From the IMG/VR virus record IMGVR_UViG_3300008267_012518: a stretch of DNA of 64,000 nucleotides; one strand, written 5' to 3'. Below are positions 21,101 to 29,342 of this stretch, one piece after another. The stretch's first letter is position 1; each line of letters starts with the position of its first letter. This DNA is from a virus. Both the position numbers and the translations under genes were made by a program. The notes under the pieces are model-generated. The model did not search any database, was not told the DNA's origin, and worked only from the letters and a program-made list of their open reading frames with translations.

Positions 21101-23320
21101 GTTGACAGTAAAATAGTTTCAGGTAAATTTAAAAGGTCGGGTATAGAAAACTGTAAAATCGAAAATGAAAATTTCAAAAAGTATGTTTATCCAGCTAGTG
21201 ATTTGAAAAATACAGAACTTCTTAGATTAGTAAATATTATGTTCCAAGATACAAAAAATACCATAAAAAGTGGTTTAGTATACAAATCTCATTTTGTTAA
21301 TGATATTTTTGATGGGGGTAATTTTTATAATTCAATTTGGTTAGGTGGAACATTTTCAGATGGTCTCTTCAAATCAAGTGTTTGGACTGGTGGTAATTTC
21401 AATGGTGGAAAATTTGTCGACAGTAGAGAATCAACAGTTTTTACATTTGATTTCGATGTAACATCAAATATTAAACTTTGGCAAGGTGGTAATTTCAACG
21501 GTGGTGAATTTTATAATTCATTGTGGGTGCGGGGTAATTTCAATGGTGGTAGATTTTATTTTTCGGATTGGACAGGTGGAACTTGGAACAATGGTGTTTT
21601 GGGCAGTAAAAACATAAGAACTAGGGATACTACTATGGCTTATTTTGGACCAACCACATCATTTGGAGCGACCCACACAGTTTGGTATAATGGACTAGTT
21701 GAGAATGCTACTGTTGGGGGGTTTGGTTCAATAGATTGGTACGGCGGTAAAATGAGTGGTGGTGAATTTACAAGTGAGGGTAGGAATAGTTCCAATTATT
21801 CTATATGGCATGGTGGTGATTTCTACAGTAGTGCATTTACCAAACAAGCTTGGTGGTTGACAGGAAACTTTTACAGTGGTAAATTTCTAAGCGAGATCGG
21901 ATGGGATCAAGTTTCTTTATTATCACATCCAAGTGCGACTTTCAGTTATGGGTGGGTTAGTGGTAATTTATACGGAGGAGAGTTTGGTAATGGTTCAACA
22001 GGAACAAATTCAGTATGGTATGATGGTATAATGCATGGTGGTGTTTTTCAGGGTAAATTTTGGAGAGATGGTCTAGCGATCAATGGTAAATTTTATGGAA
22101 GTTTGGTAACACAGAGTGACATAAGTCAGTCTCTCCTATCTTATACTCAGAGTTTTTACGGAATTTGGAATAATGGGTACGTTGATAATATTATTTACAA
22201 TGTTAAAAAGGATAGATTAGTGACGACTGAAGACTTAGAAGTCAGTTCCAAAAAAATTAAACCCACCCTCAAGATGTTTGATATGTATAATGTGGTTTGG
22301 ATAAAGGGAACATTCTCGCATGAGCTTTCAACTTTCAACAATTCAGTTTGGTTGAGTGGAGAATTCAATTCTGGAAATTTTAATGATTCATACTTTAATC
22401 CTTACGTCGATCTCACGCTTGCCGGAGCTAATATAGAAGACTATGTCAGGTTTGAATACACGAAGATGATCTATGATTACGTAGATACTTTATTAAATGA
22501 TCAAGATTTTGTATTCGAAACAACGACATTCTTTTTACAAAGAATTATTGATTTCAAAAATACGTTGAATAACGATCCTATTATTAAGGGAGAATTTATT
22601 GTTGAATTTGCATTTTTCGATGGTCAAGTATCACCATATCCTCCCAATTACGGTGATATAGACTTTCCAGAATCTGATTATAATAATTTTTCAGCAAATG
22701 ATTTGAATAGTACAGTGGTTGTTCGAATTTATGAACCAAAAATATTTGTTAGATTTCCTAATGAATATGTCGGCATAACTCTTTTCAGACCACAGTCACC
22801 GGCACCGCCGGGTCCTGGTACGCCAATACCATCACTGATCTATACATATTTATATCCGAATTTACAGAATTCTGGTACTTTACCCTATTCATTCAACACT
22901 AATGAAGTTTGTATTTGGAAAGGTGGTAATTTTAACGGAGGTGAATTCAATTATTCAAAATGGTTGGGTGGAAACTTCAATAATGGTGTTATTAACGGAT
23001 CAATTTGGTTAGATGGTGTTTTCAACTATGGTGAAATGAACAACTGCTATTGGGAAAATGGAACTTGGAGAAATGGTAATTGGAACGGTAGTCCCTTCGA
23101 TTATACAAAATTAAAATTTGACACCAGTTCGAGCCTTTGGATCGTAGATGATAAAAAAACTGATCAGATCTTGAAAAATATTTATAATTATACCTCGAAT
23201 ACAAATTTACATTTGTCAAACGTAATCACAAAAGAACCGACTACTACAGAAGTAGTTCATACTTTTGATGCGTCTGACTTTGTTAGATGGAAAGTGGATA
23301 CAGAAAACTCAACACAATAA
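18200..23320 (+). CDS. Giant virion protein with G-x-(W/F)-x-x repeats
   Basis: 1706 aa; long runs such as GGNFYNSIWLGGTFSDGLFKSSVWTGGNFNGGKF; AATATATA upstream. Confidence 0.65.
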   Translation: MAVLQRSVSNISSSNPQPVVGQVLVSSQIPNTTFYSSRLVNYVESIEVDGVMKTAFFSEVNTNLNVGDRVFIVNGNYDSGSLIKDNKYKKFSDGYRVLAINGCRVVLDVDYTGLLPSVDYTSKNFIYVHVVTSQKDFDYVNSLSTSLDGTPFIKSVFSGNIVDGDLVLECQNILYTNGSFQGNQTISGNYGKVSSEGFWVRVDDGVNNDWIDISYYVLSNRIIQNPIFSGSGKLNILGADFSYDGSIFEKGGIYKYDNYEWIISNEDYPSYISKLNFRSGKFRGVHNDGIYGSYKNKLDWSKSVWNSGVLLNANWKDGYMNSKHTVEETSFLCGLQKVGSVETIVQSFDNTDNRGFGYNFIENSNFFTYSIGNGNFFNCTFLTQSQMKSALDIYYGLDTPYLSVSNGGRYEFCDIYDLRGNNSVFVNSSIRNSNLLRSKIVSSETINTSIEKSNWSSDGGIKIIGADLWGYDHGQNAVLSGTQASIFGTIKLYISEEDYFKLSKGDTFYISKLNKEFINNIIDDENKILNILENRYLIENYDDHDISSGNLSKMFVSLKSTQENLYRSYIKTSNTTVNYYKYSINDTDTSAWYKIPAAFAFSSTYAQNIGYILGDFVFVGDPMDINKTLFFQYWPVNKGDVADGRVGSRAFLGDFSKAEQYGENWKQYGPLDSNVPYSGDWLQVGIYNGYILSATMAIWDPSTSYFGFTNQEILLTPNSNYSPAYPYGDIIRDNDIDNNYYIFVGYDIGLTNSSKQILTSVDYLSQNTVTYSNFNYPSIDISSNIFGWYENIDGELVGTSRNRISPIDVTNINNLFKDTILVNGDFKSGVMSDSSWVSGDHTNNYSNVIQKIANQPLDIKLDTYLSKKILVLTLINKNLSSFDLEGYDYRVGDYVWLKSINYTEFTGATVSSVSGRYKIVRFFPLNSEVWLENLDTVNKISNLNSGGTFFINSGDTNNYLSIHKTNFVDSKIVSGKFKRSGIENCKIENENFKKYVYPASDLKNTELLRLVNIMFQDTKNTIKSGLVYKSHFVNDIFDGGNFYNSIWLGGTFSDGLFKSSVWTGGNFNGGKFVDSRESTVFTFDFDVTSNIKLWQGGNFNGGEFYNSLWVRGNFNGGRFYFSDWTGGTWNNGVLGSKNIRTRDTTMAYFGPTTSFGATHTVWYNGLVENATVGGFGSIDWYGGKMSGGEFTSEGRNSSNYSIWHGGDFYSSAFTKQAWWLTGNFYSGKFLSEIGWDQVSLLSHPSATFSYGWVSGNLYGGEFGNGSTGTNSVWYDGIMHGGVFQGKFWRDGLAINGKFYGSLVTQSDISQSLLSYTQSFYGIWNNGYVDNIIYNVKKDRLVTTEDLEVSSKKIKPTLKMFDMYNVVWIKGTFSHELSTFNNSVWLSGEFNSGNFNDSYFNPYVDLTLAGANIEDYVRFEYTKMIYDYVDTLLNDQDFVFETTTFFLQRIIDFKNTLNNDPIIKGEFIVEFAFFDGQVSPYPPNYGDIDFPESDYNNFSANDLNSTVVVRIYEPKIFVRFPNEYVGITLFRPQSPAPPGPGTPIPSLIYTYLYPNLQNSGTLPYSFNTNEVCIWKGGNFNGGEFNYSKWLGGNFNNGVINGSIWLDGVFNYGEMNNCYWENGTWRNGNWNGSPFDYTKLKFDTSSSLWIVDDKKTDQILKNIYNYTSNTNLHLSNVITKEPTTTEVVHTFDASDFVRWKVDTENSTQ

Positions 23321-23321
23321 C

Positions 23322-26216
23322 ATGGCAGAAATGGAATCATCATCGAACACATCAAATCAACCAACTGAGAGTTTGATAAGTACATTCAAAGCTTCTCCAG
23401 GTGGACCAGGACAAGGAGCTCAAGGTTCACCCGATTGGGTTTTGGGTGAAGAAGATCTGCTAGACTCAGACCTGAATAATTTCAGTAGACCACACTTTTA
23501 TAATTATGGTGTATTTGGTTCATATAAAATATTTCTATGTAATAACTTTGGGTCCAAAGATATATTTACCAATTTTCAGAAAGGATATAAGATAGACATA
23601 ACTTTAACCGCTAGGGAGTTCTTTAATGGGGTTTCAAACACATCTTATGGGGGATTCATCGACGTTGAATTCAATATGGGACATCTACCCCCTATCATTA
23701 AAAAGTTAAAGGTAACCGGATATGATAAATTTGTCAAATTTACATTTTTTCATCAACCGACAGATTTTGACCTAAGAAAAACCAATGGTAAAAATTTTTG
23801 GATCAGGAAGCTCACTCCTGGTAAACTGAAGATAATAGATTCTAGAGTTGAATTGACTGTTGTGTCATATGATAATATTTTAAATAATACATTATATAAT
23901 AGTTATGATACAAATTATGGATATTTCACAATACCATTTTATAGTGACAGTAGAGAAATAATTACCAATTTGGGAAATAAAATAGGTGGTGAAACCTCTA
24001 TAAAATTTGGAAATGGTCAATTTAAACAGGGTATTTGGAAAACTGGAGTTTGGAACGATGGGTGGAGGGCTCCTTGGGGTATCGAAGATATATTTTATTT
24101 TGAAAAAATAAATAGTAATACTTTTCAACTATCACCAAATATGTGGATGTTGAAGCTCGATTGCAATACGAATATAGAAAATGTAATTAACATTAGTGAC
24201 AATTTAAAAGTTAATGACTTTATTTCTATGGGTAATGTTGTTGGTATAGATATAAATGAGGAGAGGTATCTATTGAAAGATTATTATAGAATTTCTTCAA
24301 TTGAAACTTCTGGTGCTGTTATCACTCTCACAGTCGAGATACCCATCGCTAAATTTCCCCTTCGAAGATTTGAAATTGATTCCAACTCACATTTGATATA
24401 TGTTACAAAAAATATTTGGTTAGGTGGAACGTTTTTGAACGGATTATTCAGAGGTGTTTGGAATTATGGTTTATTTAAGGGGTTTCCTTTTACTACTGTA
24501 ATGAAAGATTCACATTTTGTTGACGGTATATTCGATGGTGGTCGATTCATATCATCTGTTGGTAGTATAACATCAAGTACCTCGGACGTGAAGACATACC
24601 AAACTGGACTAGTACAATTTTTTGAATTTTATGACAATAATATTTCGGAAACAGAGGGTTTCAGTGATTACATAGACAACACCTACCAATCTTGGATCGA
24701 TGTAAACTATTCGACACAATCATTTGTAAATTTGAATAGTTTGACTAGTATCTATGATGACAACTTTGGTAAAAAGGTACCGATACCAAATTTATATGGA
24801 TATCCAACAAATGATATTTTATCGAGTTACTCGAAATTCAAAAATACAAATGATACGGATGTTGATTTTTATAACCTCGGAACAAAGTATAAAGTGTTTA
24901 CAGATTACTTAGGTGATAATGGATATTTTAGAAAAGCTTTCAATAGTGAGGGCAGACCAGGAATTGATGAATTTAGAGGTGCTGGGTGGACTGCAAACAC
25001 TGGTAATTTTTATGGTACACCTACTGTGAGTTTCATATACAATTCAAATCTTACAAGAAGAAATGTAAATAGGTTTTCCATAATTCTAGCAACGTTTGGA
25101 TATAATGTACTTAATAATGATAATATCAGAGCTGAGGACAAAAAATATTCTATAGTAGAATATGATATGGAATACTTTCAAAGGGGATGGAATGAAGATG
25201 CACAGCAGTTCACAAATACCTTCTCAAAACCTCTCAATCTTTTGGGTAGTAATTATCCATCTACTACGAACATTTTCAAGAGTGGTCTTCTCAAAACCGA
25301 ATACTTCTTCAATAAAAATGCGCTGGATTTGATTCTCAGATATAATTCTGAATTTATTCCACCTTCTGATAGTATTGCAATGTACGGATTCAATTATACA
25401 CATTCTTTAAGCTCACCAACAGGTGAAGTAAGTGGTAGTTATTCCACAACCTACTCTTTCTTGATGCCACAGACGGCTGATGCATTCATAGGAACCGATG
25501 TTGTACCAGAGTTTTTCCTAGAAGATGTTCTCGCTGGTAATGTGACGTATAATAAGTATGATATTGTAAGAAGAGCTACAGGAGATGCATTTGGTCCATA
25601 TTTTATTTCACTAGTTGATAATAATCAATCTCCGTTAGCTGACACCACTGCTTGGGCTAAGACAGTAGTTGGATTTAACAATCCAGTCAAGGAAAATACA
25701 ATTTTCGAACAATCTGAAGTATTTGATTACTTCACATCGGTCAGAATTAATTATTTTAAGTTTCTCGAAGTTGACTCGATTCCATTTTTCAAGTATTGGG
25801 ATTATGAAATAAACTTTTCATCCACGTTCAAAGATGGTAATAGTAATAAATTGTCACTCGAATTCGCTAAACCACATGGATTGAAAACTGGTGACTTCAT
25901 AAGTATAAAACTAGATGAGACTAAATTCAATCCAGATTATGAACAAAGTAATATAAGAGTTGGTCTTGTCCAAGATGGTCCTGTTCGAATTAGGGGTCGA
26001 GCTGGGGATGTTGCTTACACTGTGAAACTAGACTTTCCTTATGGGAACACTGTTTCCTATTTGTCTGAGTCAGGTACGGTGACGAAAGATGGAAATAGAA
26101 TCGATAAAAGAATACAAACAAATTATTACGCTAGTGCTCCGAAAGTGGACGGACTAGATGAGAATTTCATTTATTTAGGAAATAATCAGATATTTGTAGA
26201 TAGAGACGCTTTTTGA
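23322..26216 (+). CDS. Virion protein with G-x-(W/F)-x-x repeats (paralog)
   Basis: GQFKQGIWKTGVWNDGW and WLGGTFLNGLFRGVWNYGLF; the ATG at 23322, 1 nt after the upstream stop, is preferred over 23265. Confidence 0.65.
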   Translation: MAEMESSSNTSNQPTESLISTFKASPGGPGQGAQGSPDWVLGEEDLLDSDLNNFSRPHFYNYGVFGSYKIFLCNNFGSKDIFTNFQKGYKIDITLTAREFFNGVSNTSYGGFIDVEFNMGHLPPIIKKLKVTGYDKFVKFTFFHQPTDFDLRKTNGKNFWIRKLTPGKLKIIDSRVELTVVSYDNILNNTLYNSYDTNYGYFTIPFYSDSREIITNLGNKIGGETSIKFGNGQFKQGIWKTGVWNDGWRAPWGIEDIFYFEKINSNTFQLSPNMWMLKLDCNTNIENVINISDNLKVNDFISMGNVVGIDINEERYLLKDYYRISSIETSGAVITLTVEIPIAKFPLRRFEIDSNSHLIYVTKNIWLGGTFLNGLFRGVWNYGLFKGFPFTTVMKDSHFVDGIFDGGRFISSVGSITSSTSDVKTYQTGLVQFFEFYDNNISETEGFSDYIDNTYQSWIDVNYSTQSFVNLNSLTSIYDDNFGKKVPIPNLYGYPTNDILSSYSKFKNTNDTDVDFYNLGTKYKVFTDYLGDNGYFRKAFNSEGRPGIDEFRGAGWTANTGNFYGTPTVSFIYNSNLTRRNVNRFSIILATFGYNVLNNDNIRAEDKKYSIVEYDMEYFQRGWNEDAQQFTNTFSKPLNLLGSNYPSTTNIFKSGLLKTEYFFNKNALDLILRYNSEFIPPSDSIAMYGFNYTHSLSSPTGEVSGSYSTTYSFLMPQTADAFIGTDVVPEFFLEDVLAGNVTYNKYDIVRRATGDAFGPYFISLVDNNQSPLADTTAWAKTVVGFNNPVKENTIFEQSEVFDYFTSVRINYFKFLEVDSIPFFKYWDYEINFSSTFKDGNSNKLSLEFAKPHGLKTGDFISIKLDETKFNPDYEQSNIRVGLVQDGPVRIRGRAGDVAYTVKLDFPYGNTVSYLSESGTVTKDGNRIDKRIQTNYYASAPKVDGLDENFIYLGNNQIFVDRDAF

Positions 26217-26217
26217 T

Positions 26218-26937
26218 TTATTTTTTTACTAACCACAAGTGACCAACCATTCCCATTTGGAATTTGTCAAAGTGTCCCATGGATTCAACTTTGTGGGATT
26301 TCTCATTTTTTGGAAATTTGATACCGGTTAATTTTTGTTTTCCGTAAATTCTTTTATCTCCATTACAGGTTTTACAAGGTGACCATCCAACCTGACCCTC
26401 TCCGTTACAGATCGTACAAGTTTTTCCAAATGGGTCTTTACCACTACCCTCACAAAAATCACATCCATCAGAACCATCAAATAGTTTCAATATATTTCCG
26501 AATTCATCTTTGATTTCTATTTTTGATTTTGTGTCCTTACCATTCCCCTTACAATCTTTACAGACAACCCATCTATCATATTCTATACTTCCATCAAAGC
26601 GATCATCGATTTTCAACAAAATATTCAAATCATTCTGATTCCATTGGCTTTCGAATTTCTCATTGTCGTAAGCAACATTTAGATTTTCATACTCATTACT
26701 CAATAGTTCTTTAGTTTCGTCATATGAGTTTCCAAACCTACTTCTGACATCATATTGTTTTCTAGTTTCATCAACTAATACATCATACGATTCGGTAATT
26801 TCGGCAAATAATATGGGGTCACCTCCTTTATCCGGATGGTGTGTGAATGAAAGCTTGTAATAGGCTTTCTTAATTTCTTTTTCTGATGATGTATTTGGAA
26901 CACCTAAAATTCCGTAATAATTCTTATTGAAGTTCAT
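26218..26937 (-). CDS. dnaJ: DnaJ-like co-chaperone (J domain plus zinc finger)
   Basis: J domain with HPD; CKDCKGNG, CDFCEGSG, CTICNGEG, CKTCNGDK; no G/F region; short C-terminus. Confidence 0.9.
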   Translation of the reverse strand: MNFNKNYYGILGVPNTSSEKEIKKAYYKLSFTHHPDKGGDPILFAEITESYDVLVDETRKQYDVRSRFGNSYDETKELLSNEYENLNVAYDNEKFESQWNQNDLNILLKIDDRFDGSIEYDRWVVCKDCKGNGKDTKSKIEIKDEFGNILKLFDGSDGCDFCEGSGKDPFGKTCTICNGEGQVGWSPCKTCNGDKRIYGKQKLTGIKFPKNEKSHKVESMGHFDKFQMGMVGHLWLVKK

Positions 26938-27118
26938 CTAGTTTACTTTGTCGCCACTTAGCTTTTTTAATTTCATTTCTCCTTTCAACAGATGGTTTTG
27001 TGAACTCCTTTCTGCGTCTCAGTTCCTTAGTAATTCCAATTTTATCAAACTTACGTTTGAACTTTTTCAAAGCTTTTTCAAGTCCATCTTTACCGCCTTG
27101 TACTTCAATTATAATCAT
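26924..27118 (-). CDS. rpsU: Ribosomal protein bS21, Bacteroidota type
   Basis: LEKALKKFKRKFDKIG...LRRRKEFTKPSVERR pattern; MIII start as in Bacteroidota S21. Confidence 0.95.
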   Translation of the reverse strand: MIIIEVQGGKDGLEKALKKFKRKFDKIGITKELRRRKEFTKPSVERRNEIKKAKWRQSKLDELQ

Positions 27119-27435
27119 TTGTCTTCAATTAATTTTTTTAGTTTCAAGTCTCTGATAAAACCTTTCTTTTCTTCTTTGGTCATTTCAGTAAACCTTTTAT
27201 AATCCATATCAATTCCCATAAATTGATAGAATATATCTATATATTCGATAATATCTGAATTCATAAAAACCCCATCACTCCAAGATATCGTATTATTCCC
27301 AGTAGTGAGGGTGGTTCCGCTAGTTACTGATGGATAAACATATCCTCCACTACCTGTAGTTGTCCCCCAATAATGTCCAATATTACTATTCAGTGAAACT
27401 GCGGGTAAGGTTGTTTTTAATTTTTTGATAGCCAC
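27115..27435 (-). CDS. Hypothetical protein (G/T/S-rich N-terminus, C-terminal RDxKL motif)
   Basis: ATGA overlap with rpsU; ends FIRDLKLKKLIEDK. Confidence 0.7.
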   Translation of the reverse strand: MAIKKLKTTLPAVSLNSNIGHYWGTTTGSGGYVYPSVTSGTTLTTGNNTISWSDGVFMNSDIIEYIDIFYQFMGIDMDYKRFTEMTKEEKKGFIRDLKLKKLIEDK

Positions 27436-27444
27436 ATAATTACA

Positions 27445-27696
27445 TTATTTTTTATCATGACAATACTCATGTTCACAAGATTTGTGTCTACATTTATATC
27501 CAGCCCAAATTGTTGGAACTAAACAACAAATGATGTGGTATTTGAATCCATAGAGTATCATGAGACCAAACCAACCCCAAGTCATCATTTTGAAATCAAA
27601 CCAAAAATATTGATTAAGAATGTATTCTAAAATTTCTGTCAGTATAAAACTGATTACAAATATCAGTATAAATTTTAGAATTATTTTTGATTTCAT
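27445..27696 (-). CDS. Small membrane protein with Cys/His tail (holin candidate)
   Basis: 2-3 hydrophobic segments; tail CRHKSCEHEYCHDKK; about 600 nt from the lysozyme. Confidence 0.5.
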   Translation of the reverse strand: MKSKIILKFILIFVISFILTEILEYILNQYFWFDFKMMTWGWFGLMILYGFKYHIICCLVPTIWAGYKCRHKSCEHEYCHDKK

Positions 27697-27725
27697 AATC
27701 TTTATATCGAATAAAGGATTATAGT

Positions 27726-28283
27726 TTAAATCTTATCAATACAAGCCTTAACAGCCTCTGGTGTTAATCCCATAATCCCATACTCAGAATGAAATGCACC
27801 TTCCTCAATTAACATCATAAAATCTTGACTAGACCATTCATCAGTAACACCGCTATCAGTAAAAGTTATCTTATACCTGTCCTCTAACTCATAATCAAAC
27901 CCACGACGCAGATGTGTAAATTGTTGGAAAACATGAGTATATTTATATTCAATACTTATGGGTATCTGATCTATCTCTAACTCGTCAATCTCTGGACCTT
28001 CTCCTAAATCATCCATCTTAGAAACCCAAAAGGTAGGAAAATCACAATGCCAAATTTTTCCCTTTCTATTAATTTGGTTGATAAAATTATTTATATTGAT
28101 CAAATTATCCTCCGAAAACTTATTGTAATCCTTGAAGTTTATATCTTTTATTTCAACAAAAATGTCGTGTTCATTTTTATATTCTTCGATTGTATCGAAG
28201 ATTTTATCCATCCTTATTTGTAATAATCTATCATACTCCTGTGATGAAGAGTACTCATTGATAGTAGTATAAATTCTTTTCAT
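27726..28283 (-). CDS. Hypothetical protein, putative internal head protein
   Basis: MKRIYTTINEY leader; AATATATA 6 nt upstream. Confidence 0.55.
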   Translation of the reverse strand: MKRIYTTINEYSSSQEYDRLLQIRMDKIFDTIEEYKNEHDIFVEIKDINFKDYNKFSEDNLININNFINQINRKGKIWHCDFPTFWVSKMDDLGEGPEIDELEIDQIPISIEYKYTHVFQQFTHLRRGFDYELEDRYKITFTDSGVTDEWSSQDFMMLIEEGAFHSEYGIMGLTPEAVKACIDKI

Positions 28284-28302
28284 TCGTGATATATATTAAT
28301 AA

Positions 28303-28758
28303 TTAACTGAAATATAAATCAGCCTCAGCATTTCTTCTTGTTACCAAACCCTTTAACACTCTACCACCGGCTTTAGTCCATTTACAAAATTCATTTCTTA
28401 TGGTTGGATCGTTCGGATTAGCGTTAACCTTTTTCAATAAGGTAGAATTTTTTAGATTATATGGTCCTAAGTTGAAAGCAAATGATACCAAAGCATCAAA
28501 TTGATTTTGATTGATATCATCACGACAATAAGTATCAACGTGCTTCTCAAATGTTTTCAATGTGTGTAGAAGTAGTTCTGTAGCTCTCTCTTCTGTTATA
28601 GGTTTATCTATCATCTGAACTTTTTTACCATCCTCATAAAAAGTGTTTCCATATCCTATTGTGGGGACTGCAGCAGGGCATAAGTATGGTTTTAATTTTA
28701 GACCTTCAAATCGTTTGATTAGATCAAGACCCTTCTGGCTTACTTTTGTGATTTTCAT
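28303..28758 (-). CDS. Phage lysozyme (GH24 endolysin)
   Basis: IKRFEGLKLKPYLCPAAVPTIGYG catalytic segment; NQNQFDALVSFAFNLG; GLVTRRNAE. Confidence 0.93.
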   Translation of the reverse strand: MKITKVSQKGLDLIKRFEGLKLKPYLCPAAVPTIGYGNTFYEDGKKVQMIDKPITEERATELLLHTLKTFEKHVDTYCRDDINQNQFDALVSFAFNLGPYNLKNSTLLKKVNANPNDPTIRNEFCKWTKAGGRVLKGLVTRRNAEADLYFS

Positions 28759-28802
28759 AGTATCAATTATTTTATAAGTATTTATTATTAATATATATCA
28801 TT

Positions 28803-29342
28803 ATGAAAAAGTTAATGACTTTCGAACTGTATAAATCAACTTATATGTCAGCAGCCAGTGAGTTGGAGAAGGGACATAAAAAAAGAGCTGAGCAACTCAG
28901 ACAACATGCCGCTGAAAAAGGTATAAGCGCATTTATGGGCAAAGAAGGATTTGATAGAATATATCACCACCCATTTGTTTTTGAAAACTATGGAGGTCTT
29001 GAAAACATGGAAAGGGCAAAGGGTAAGTTTTTTATTACAGATTTCAGATATCTTGGTACTGGTAGTTATCAAAGAGGTTATAATGGCGTTAATGTTATTA
29101 TGAAATCTGACTACGGTAATACAATTACACTTGAACTTGTTGTTGGTCCAAATAATTTTGTAAGATTGGATTTAGAATTTGAAGGTGGATATACAAATAG
29201 AAATTTCCTTTTCAATAATAGAAAAGATGCAATTGAATTTAGAAAGTTTGTATTGGAAATTGTAGAAGATGAAATTACAAATGGTGAATTGTATTTCAAT
29301 TTGGATACATTACCAATTAACAAACTTTACACAACAGAGTAA
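28803..29342 (+). CDS. Hypothetical protein, putative internal head protein
   Basis: MKKLMTFELY leader; AATATATA 5 nt upstream. Confidence 0.55.
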   Translation: MKKLMTFELYKSTYMSAASELEKGHKKRAEQLRQHAAEKGISAFMGKEGFDRIYHHPFVFENYGGLENMERAKGKFFITDFRYLGTGSYQRGYNGVNVIMKSDYGNTITLELVVGPNNFVRLDLEFEGGYTNRNFLFNNRKDAIEFRKFVLEIVEDEITNGELYFNLDTLPINKLYTTE

